Assembly (NCBI RefSeq): GCF_018398935.1
Contig: NZ_CP074694.1
Span: 2,730,001-2,762,000, forward strand
DNA length: 32,000 bases
Source: Telmatocola sphagniphila
Lineage (GTDB): Bacteria > Planctomycetota > Planctomycetia > Gemmatales > Gemmataceae
Direction: 5' to 3'
A program made the translations under genes and the position numbers. Below are positions 26,310-32,000 of this stretch, in pieces. Below the pieces are notes generated by a model, which was not told where the DNA came from, made no database searches, and saw only the letters and a program-made list of their open reading frames with translations. Position 1 is the first letter of the stretch, and each line of letters begins with the position of its first letter.

Positions 26310-26336
26310 TCGCATGAAGACTGGAGTAGATCCGAA

Positions 26337-26750
26337 ATGATTGAAATAGAAAACGACAAACCTGAGTCCCGAAAAAGACTTCTTAAATCTGAACATATCT
26401 TCCTGATCTTTGCCGCGCTCACAGTCGTTGTAGTCGCATCGTTGATGGGAATCTTGTTTGGCGGTTTCGATGACTCCAACGGGTGCAGCGCTCGGTCAAG
26501 TGCTGAGGTCATTGCTCAGGCATGTCATCTCTACAAACTAAGACTAGGGAAGTACCCCGAAGAATTGGACAAGCTCCTGAAGCCACCCTATGGCGGACCT
26601 CCAATTCTCCACTCCCCTCCAGATATCATCGATAACTGGGGACATAATTTTCATTACGACCCGTCAGGACCACATAACAAAGGCGAGAATGTCGATGTAT
26701 GGGCGGTTGATCCTAAGACTGAGAAAATTATCGGAAATTGGGAAAAGTAA
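26337..26750 (+). CDS. GspG globular-domain paralog 2 with a degenerate, probably uncleavable, class III signal (membrane anchor)
   Basis: The globular domain is conserved (CHLYKLRLGKYPEELDKLLKPPYGGPPILHS...DNWGHNFHYDPSGPHNKGENVDVWAVDPKTEKIIGNWEK). The N-terminus is SRKRLLKSEHIFLIFAALTVVVVASLMGILFGG, with no Gly/Ala at -1 and no Phe+1. An upstream in-frame stop at 26307-26309 excludes a longer N-terminus. Confidence 0.7.
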   Translation: MIEIENDKPESRKRLLKSEHIFLIFAALTVVVVASLMGILFGGFDDSNGCSARSSAEVIAQACHLYKLRLGKYPEELDKLLKPPYGGPPILHSPPDIIDNWGHNFHYDPSGPHNKGENVDVWAVDPKTEKIIGNWEK

Positions 26751-26802
26751 TTGAGCTCGATTCATGGAAATCGATGTCAATTTGAGAATTCGCTGATCAA
26801 AA

Positions 26803-27195
26803 ATGAATAAAAAATCCCACACTCCGGGGACAATCCTCCTCGTTCTAATGGCATTTCTTATACCCTCACTGACCTGGTCTGGAGGATGTGTTTTTTTCCG
26901 TTCCCCTAGTCCCGATGATTCCCGAACCGCATTTGCAAAAGCGGACATCTCGAACATTGTGACAACCTGTGAGCTATACAAAATACGACTTCTCGAATAT
27001 CCATCTGATCTCGATTTTCTCCTCACTTCACCCTATAAATGGCGACCGTTTCTCAACTCGCAGAACGACATCATCGATCCCTGGGGCCAAAAATATCAGT
27101 ACGATCCGGCCGGTCCGCATCACAAGGGAGAGCAAGTCGACATCTGGACAGTTGATCCTGAGACTGGGAAGATTATCGGCAATTGGAACGATTGA
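26803..27195 (+). CDS. GspG globular-domain paralog 3 with a signal lacking Glu+5 and a possible lipobox
   Basis: The globular domain is conserved (CELYKIRLLEYPSDLDFLL...DPWGQKYQYDPAGPHHKGEQVDIWTVDPETGKIIGNWND). The N-terminus is MNKKSHTPG|TILLVLMAFLIPSLTWSGGC. It keeps Gly-1 and the 28-residue spacing to the DD motif seen in GspG, but has Val at +5. WSGGC resembles a lipobox. An upstream in-frame TGA at 26794-26796 excludes a longer N-terminus. Confidence 0.7.
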   Translation: MNKKSHTPGTILLVLMAFLIPSLTWSGGCVFFRSPSPDDSRTAFAKADISNIVTTCELYKIRLLEYPSDLDFLLTSPYKWRPFLNSQNDIIDPWGQKYQYDPAGPHHKGEQVDIWTVDPETGKIIGNWND

Positions 27196-27222
27196 TTTGC
27201 TCAAAGGAGAATTGAAAAACAG

Positions 27223-27293
27223 AGCGGGATACGGGAGTCGAACCCGTCTCACAGCCTTGGGAAGGCTGGGCACAGCCGATATACCAATCCCGC
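27223..27293 (-). tRNA. tRNA-Gly (anticodon CCC), 71 nt, no encoded CCA
   Basis: Manual cloverleaf from the minus strand:
- Acceptor stem GCGGGAT/ATCCCGC.
- D-arm GTAT-ATCGGCT-GTGC.
- Anticodon stem CAGCC/GGCTG with loop TTCCCAA (U33, CCC, A37).
- Variable loop TGAG.
- T-arm ACGGG-TTCGACT-CCCGT.
- Discriminator U. Confidence 0.9.
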
Positions 27294-27376
27294 ACAATCT
27301 AAGTTTTATCTGCCAAACGCACGTCTGACAAGGCACCCGAAAATTGCCGTTGGAGACGCTTCAATCGGCCTTACTC

Positions 27377-30300
27377 TCACTTCTTCTTGTCATCCACCAG
27401 CCGCCAAATCGAGAGCTGATTGCGGACATTCATCGTGTTATCGCCGCCCAGCTTCAGCCCGCTAATCATCGCAAATAACTTCCCGTCCGGCGATACCGCC
27501 GACATTTCGTACGAGAAGAACTCCCCGGGGAGGGACTGAAGCAAGGTTCCCTTGGCGATGTCCCAGACTCTCACGCCCCCCTTATAAGAAGCTCCAACGA
27601 TCTTGCGGCCGCCGTCAATAAATTGCAAACCGTGGGGTGGATCGGCCGGTAGGCCCCCCAAACGCATGAGTATCTTCGCAACCAGCTTACCATTCGCATC
27701 GCTGGTACTAATGGAGTTCGCCGTCACGCCCGTAATGCGAGTTCCCTGGGGGGAAATCGCAAAGCTCTGAATAATCCCATCGAATTCCGCAACTACTTTC
27801 CGGGCGGAGCCGTCATCCGCCGCCCAGCTGATCAGATGGTTACCGTCAATCCCGTACGCTCGACGGGTCGTCGGGGCCAGACTGATCCGGGAGGGATCGG
27901 GGCCGGCATAATTGATCGGCGTGGCATAATGCCTCGGTTTATTCCCGGCGGTTCCGTAGATTAAGCTGAAAAATCCGGCATCATCCCGGCACAAAATCGT
28001 CCGTTGATCGGAATAGGGATAGATACCTCGAATCGTGGTTTTGGTGGGCTCAAATTCCTTCACCAGCTTTTGCGTACCCAAATCGAAGTATTTCAAATGA
28101 TTATCCGCATTCGCAATGAACATTAAGTCGCCAATCAGGGCAGCCGCGGTGCATTCCTTATCGACTTCCATCGTATCGAGCAATTTCATCGTTTCCGCGT
28201 CGTAAATCACCACCGAACCATTACGGCGTACCAGCACGAATTTCTTACCATCCCCGGTATAACCGATGTTCCGAATCGAATCGGGCTCCACGCCAGTCGT
28301 AAACACCCGGCCCAATCCGGCCGTCATCCTATTCGCATTATTCATCCCCGGATCGCCCGGGTTGGCCGGATCGCGGGAAGGGATCGCAATCTTACTGGTG
28401 AAAATCGCCTGGGCGGGAGAGGGTAAACTCCACAGGATGATCTGCGCGGATTTTCCTTCTCCTAGTGCCGTCGCCAACAGACGCGAATCCTTGCTGATCG
28501 TCAAACCGTTGGGACTCGCGGGTAACGAAATCTTCTGAAGTTCTGTGCCGTTGTTCGCATTCCAAAGCCGCAGGGTATTATCTTTCGCGACCGTAACGAT
28601 GTACTGACCATCGGGAGTGAAGCGAGCGTCGATTACCGGTTCCGTATGAGCTTCGAGTTTGAATTTGCGACCGCGTGTGAAGGTGTCCCAAATTTGAACC
28701 GTGTTATCCAGACCGTAACTCAGCACGGTACCGGCATCCGGCGAAAGTGCAATTTTGAAGGTGATTCCTTGAGTCTCGCCCAGACCGATCCGCACGGTGG
28801 ATTGCGGATAGGTGCCAACAATAATTTCCCCGTTGTCGCAGACACTGGCGAGGATATTACCGCTAGGTGTAATGTCGATGGCTCGAATTTTAATGGGGCC
28901 ATGGTGTGGAAAAGAACCGGTTCGGCCATTCGAATCCGGAACGACATAGTGAATTTTGCCATCGATCGCGCCGCCGATGACGTGGCCCCGCCCCGCCGGG
29001 CGAACCACTGCGCAGACTTCGGCCGGGAAGCTGAGCAGCTCCATATTTTCGCCGTTGGCATCCCAAAGTTTGGCCACGCTCGGAGAGGTCTGAGCAAGAA
29101 TCTGCCCGTTCGCGGAAGTGCGGAGACAGAACACTTTACCCGCGGACCAATCCGCAATTTTTGTTCGCGTGATCAGATTGTAGCCCTGGATGTTGGGCCC
29201 CTGATTATTCCCAAAATACAGCTCGGAATTGTCGAAGGTGAAATCGAGGCAATTCCAGGAAGCCTCACCGGGCAGACTGAAAAGCTTCTTGATTTCCCTG
29301 GAATAGTTCTGCTCGGCGAGAAGGTTATCGCTCAACAATTTCTGCATTCCGAGTACCAGCAGTCCTCCCGACTTTTTCTGAGCCACGATGCTCTTGGCAT
29401 CCAGTACGTCCGCCCAGATCAGAGGCTCGCTGGCCTCGTACTTACCGAGCAACTTACCTCGGGCAGTTTCGTAGAGAAGCAGAGTTTTTTCCGATAAGCC
29501 GCCGAGAAACTTTCCTTCGGGATCCATGAAGCAATCGTGCAAATCGATCGGAGGGGAATCGAGGCGAACTTTCTCTGCGGATTCCGTGGAGAGTAAAAGC
29601 GATTCCGGATTGCTCGGCTTATCCAGCATGGCAAAGCGGAGATTGGCGTTTTGCGACATGGCAATCGAGCGTACCGGTGAAGCGAATGCCCACCAGGTCC
29701 CGCCTTTCGGATTGAAGTTCAGCGTATGCACGGAGGTCTTCATTTGAATGTAGACCGTGTCTCCTTCGCGAGCGGCCCGGACATCGGCAATCCCTTTCGG
29801 TTTCGGGAACTTCTTGTCGGGAATGAGGATCGCATTGCGAGTGACCATGCCGGTATCGCAGTTGACCTTCTCGACTTCATCGGTCTGACGATTACCGAAA
29901 AAGAGCCACTTGTCGTCGTTGGAAAAAACCAGACCGGCGACCGGCTGACTGGTTTCGTTGATCTTTCGAAGATTTTGTCCGGAAGCCGGGTCTATCAGGC
30001 TGACTTCCCCCTTGTCATCGGCGAGCGCTAACTTGGTACGGTCATTGGAAAACGCGAACGCCGTGAAGTTCTGATCGGCCGGCAGTTTGATCGAAACCGG
30101 CTCTCCCCCTTTAATCAGGTCGAGAATTTTGATGACCGGCGGGCTGGCTGAATCCAGCACGGCCAAAGTACCATCGGTGAGCACTCGCACCTGCTTAGCG
30201 GTCGTCTCCGGTGCGGGTTGTGGGTTGAATTGAACGCCCACGAGTTGGGTAGGTACTGTTTTGACCTCATCCTTTTTTGGAGGAGGCGTCTCTTTAGGAG

Positions 30301-31648
30301 GAGCGACCGCAATTTCGTCTTTTTTCTTGGGCGAATCGGATTTCTCCTTCTCGTCCTTGTCGTTTTTGACTAACTCGGTCTTGTCCTTCGCCGGATCCGA
30401 TTTCTTGCTGAGATCTTCCGCATTTTTCTTGTTCGTGAAGATAATCAAACTGACCACCAGCATTGCAATCGATACGAGTCCGCCGACGATCAGCGGCAGT
30501 CGGGAGCCTTTGCGCTGCAGCGCCTCGCCCGGTTTGGCAGTGAGAGCCGCGAAAGCAGGAACGCTATCAGGGGCCGGTTTGGCCTGGGCCTGATTCCAAC
30601 CCACATCGCCGGCCGCAACCGGCTTTGCAACAGCGGTGCTGAGCGCTTTGGTGGTTTCGGTCGACTTCTTCTGCAGCGAATAACCGAGCGTCTGGCTGGC
30701 CTCCTTTTCCTGAATGGGGGTGAGGACCGCCGGCTTTTCTTCGGGGAGGATTAAATCGAGCCAGGGGGCTTTATCGAGGGGCTTGCGCGCGTTGATTACC
30801 AGATTGGCGAGCAACGCGTTCAATGTCGGATCTTTGAAACTGGCCAGCTTCTTCAGCAGTGGACTTTTCGCGGGTTCCAGGAAATCCGATTCGCGAAAAA
30901 GCAGGTTGTCGCCGTTGTCGAAGGCTTTCCAAAGTTCCTCGCCTCCGAGGATGGTTCCGCGCAGGGCCGTCGCTATAACCAGATGCGGGAAGCGATCGAC
31001 ATCGGGACCGAAGATGCGGTTGCTGGCCCGCAAGGGGTGCTGATAATTGGCATGCCCGACTTCACCCGAGTTTTTCCCGGCCAGACTGGGTATCCACATA
31101 CCGTCGTAATCGATCAATTTTAAACCGAGCTTAGCGGGAGTAAATCCCGGAACCAGCAGAACGTTGCCGTGCTGCAAGTCGGCATGGGCGATTTCGGAAT
31201 CTCGCAATCTCTTGGATAACCGGCACCAGACACCCAGGAGTGCCTGGAGAACGTGGGGCTTCTCGAGATTATCCCGAACGAATTCATTCAGGGTGAAGCC
31301 TTCCACCCATTCCATTTTGACGATCGGAAACCATTGGTTGCGTACCCGAATTCCCTCTTCCTGATACTGAAAGCCGACGGTGAATGGCAGATTCTGCTTC
31401 CGGAGATGTTCGTCGATCTGCGCGTATCTCTCGCGCAGGCCGGTGACTTTACGGGTAAAGCACTTGATGGCCCAAACCGAGCCGTCGCCCCCTCGGAGTT
31501 GATACACATCGGCGAAATTGCCCGAACGGGGCACCGGGATTCCCAAGGGACCAGCCGGGACCTCCCCCGCCTTCAGATCAGGGTCTGAAAAGCAGCTGGC
31601 GGGATTCTGGATCGCCTCATTGTAATCCTGGGACAAGGGCCAATTCAT
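27377..31648 (-). CDS. Membrane Ser/Thr protein kinase (ePK-like, variant motifs) with a single TM helix and a ~950-aa C-terminal WD40/beta-propeller region
   Basis: - Kinase motifs: SGNFADVY (Gly-loop analogue), VWAIKCF (Lys62), HADLQHGNVLL (catalytic loop 155-165), LIDYDG (DFG analogue) and GHANYQHP.
- TM helix LPLIVGGLVSIAMLVVSLIIFT (residues ~384-405, nt ~30434-30499), followed by a K/E/D/P-rich linker.
- Then many beta-propeller-like repeats, including a canonical WD40 unit (AHTEPVIDARFTPDGQYIVTVAKDNTLRLWN).
- AAGGA lies upstream of the ATG. Confidence 0.85.
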   Translation of the reverse strand: MNWPLSQDYNEAIQNPASCFSDPDLKAGEVPAGPLGIPVPRSGNFADVYQLRGGDGSVWAIKCFTRKVTGLRERYAQIDEHLRKQNLPFTVGFQYQEEGIRVRNQWFPIVKMEWVEGFTLNEFVRDNLEKPHVLQALLGVWCRLSKRLRDSEIAHADLQHGNVLLVPGFTPAKLGLKLIDYDGMWIPSLAGKNSGEVGHANYQHPLRASNRIFGPDVDRFPHLVIATALRGTILGGEELWKAFDNGDNLLFRESDFLEPAKSPLLKKLASFKDPTLNALLANLVINARKPLDKAPWLDLILPEEKPAVLTPIQEKEASQTLGYSLQKKSTETTKALSTAVAKPVAAGDVGWNQAQAKPAPDSVPAFAALTAKPGEALQRKGSRLPLIVGGLVSIAMLVVSLIIFTNKKNAEDLSKKSDPAKDKTELVKNDKDEKEKSDSPKKKDEIAVAPPKETPPPKKDEVKTVPTQLVGVQFNPQPAPETTAKQVRVLTDGTLAVLDSASPPVIKILDLIKGGEPVSIKLPADQNFTAFAFSNDRTKLALADDKGEVSLIDPASGQNLRKINETSQPVAGLVFSNDDKWLFFGNRQTDEVEKVNCDTGMVTRNAILIPDKKFPKPKGIADVRAAREGDTVYIQMKTSVHTLNFNPKGGTWWAFASPVRSIAMSQNANLRFAMLDKPSNPESLLLSTESAEKVRLDSPPIDLHDCFMDPEGKFLGGLSEKTLLLYETARGKLLGKYEASEPLIWADVLDAKSIVAQKKSGGLLVLGMQKLLSDNLLAEQNYSREIKKLFSLPGEASWNCLDFTFDNSELYFGNNQGPNIQGYNLITRTKIADWSAGKVFCLRTSANGQILAQTSPSVAKLWDANGENMELLSFPAEVCAVVRPAGRGHVIGGAIDGKIHYVVPDSNGRTGSFPHHGPIKIRAIDITPSGNILASVCDNGEIIVGTYPQSTVRIGLGETQGITFKIALSPDAGTVLSYGLDNTVQIWDTFTRGRKFKLEAHTEPVIDARFTPDGQYIVTVAKDNTLRLWNANNGTELQKISLPASPNGLTISKDSRLLATALGEGKSAQIILWSLPSPAQAIFTSKIAIPSRDPANPGDPGMNNANRMTAGLGRVFTTGVEPDSIRNIGYTGDGKKFVLVRRNGSVVIYDAETMKLLDTMEVDKECTAAALIGDLMFIANADNHLKYFDLGTQKLVKEFEPTKTTIRGIYPYSDQRTILCRDDAGFFSLIYGTAGNKPRHYATPINYAGPDPSRISLAPTTRRAYGIDGNHLISWAADDGSARKVVAEFDGIIQSFAISPQGTRITGVTANSISTSDANGKLVAKILMRLGGLPADPPHGLQFIDGGRKIVGASYKGGVRVWDIAKGTLLQSLPGEFFSYEMSAVSPDGKLFAMISGLKLGGDNTMNVRNQLSIWRLVDDKKK

Positions 31649-31782
31649 TATGGCACATCCTTCGCGGAATGCCGAGTCATGCGAACGCAGATTGCCCGGC
31701 GTTCCGAATCGGGAACACCAGGCAAAATTTGGACGCCGAGCCCGACAGGGCTAATTCGTTGCAGCGGCAGCATTTGAGACAT

Positions 31783-32000
31783 TCACTCTAAAGCATCGAT
31801 AACCAGCAAAGTAATATCGTCATTTTTCAAGGCGGCCGATTCTCGCTGCGTGGTTACCCAGGTCTCGAAAAACATTTCCGGTGTGGGGAGTGAGCGAATA
31901 TCATTAAGATCCAGCCAGGGTTTCTTTCCCGACTCCAACTCCGTCAGGAACCAGCAGGCTAATGCATCCGTCATCAAATAAAATATATCACCAGGCAGGA
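31783..32000 (-). CDS. PP2C/SpoIIE-type Ser/Thr phosphatase, C-terminal fragment (the gene starts beyond the window end)
   Basis: The reading frame is open to position 32000. Translation gives LPGDIFYLMTDALACWFL...KNDDITLLVIDALE*. PGD-x3-L-x-TD and DDIT-L-L-V are typical of the last two PP2C metal-binding motif regions. It lies 134 nt upstream of the kinase on the same strand. Confidence 0.65.
   Translation of the reverse strand, partial: LPGDIFYLMTDALACWFLTELESGKKPWLDLNDIRSLPTPEMFFETWVTTQRESAALKNDDITLLVIDALE

Noticed and set aside
25690-27293. Calling the low-GC tRNA-adjacent triad a mobile genomic island
   Set aside because: No integrase, transposase or att-like direct repeat of the tRNA 3' end is visible by eye. 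Only the composition and the tRNA adjacency support the idea, so it is kept as a low-interest finding rather than a mobile_element feature.
3689-29497. Other long + strand ORFs opposite minus-strand genes: 3689..4615, 5488..6081, 5894..6511, 6222..6968, 12798..13448, 13821..14735, 18860..19924, 25120..25701 and 28646..29497
   Set aside because: Each lies entirely inside a minus-strand gene with strong family motifs. None has a motif of its own or a ribosome-binding site, so I treat them as shadow ORFs.

Overview
The window looks like a Planctomycetota-type chromosome segment, and most genes are on the minus strand. That lineage call is an inference from a PSCyt/DUF1549/DUF1553 giant protein paired with a Tat-signal DUF1501 protein, and from Gly/Ser/Thr-rich envelope proteins. 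All family calls rest on motif recognition by eye; no BLAST or HMM search was possible.

- **1-13.5 kb:** one long, translationally coupled type II secretion (T2SS)-like operon in the order gspE-F-G-H-I-J-K, a GspL-like gene, a GspM/PilO-like gene, a ~240-nt spacer, then the gspD secretin. The secretin runs off the window start and is missing from the supplied ORF track; I recovered it by manual translation.
- **13.9-20.5 kb:** a three-gene operon of the PSCyt-WD40-DUF1549-DUF1553 protein (1601 aa), a small 2-TM protein and DUF1501.
- **20.7-25.7 kb:** an aminotransferase with a terminator-like leader hairpin, two small Cys-rich lipoproteins (one below the ORF-track size cutoff), tsaB, an RNase H, a nitroreductase and a cupin.
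- **25.9-27.2 kb:** a visibly lower-GC islet with three tandem paralogs of the GspG globular domain. Their N-termini are not canonical prepilin signals, and the first has a +1 frameshift-like site. The islet abuts the 3' end of a tRNA-Gly(CCC).
- **27.4-32.0 kb:** a 1423-aa membrane Ser/Thr kinase with a large extracytoplasmic WD40-type region, preceded by a PP2C-type phosphatase gene truncated by the window end.

The candidates most worth follow-up are the orphan GspG-like triad, the Gly/Phe/Arg-rich linkers of the secretin with the S/T/G-rich inserts found across the secretion machine, and the PP2C-kinase module.
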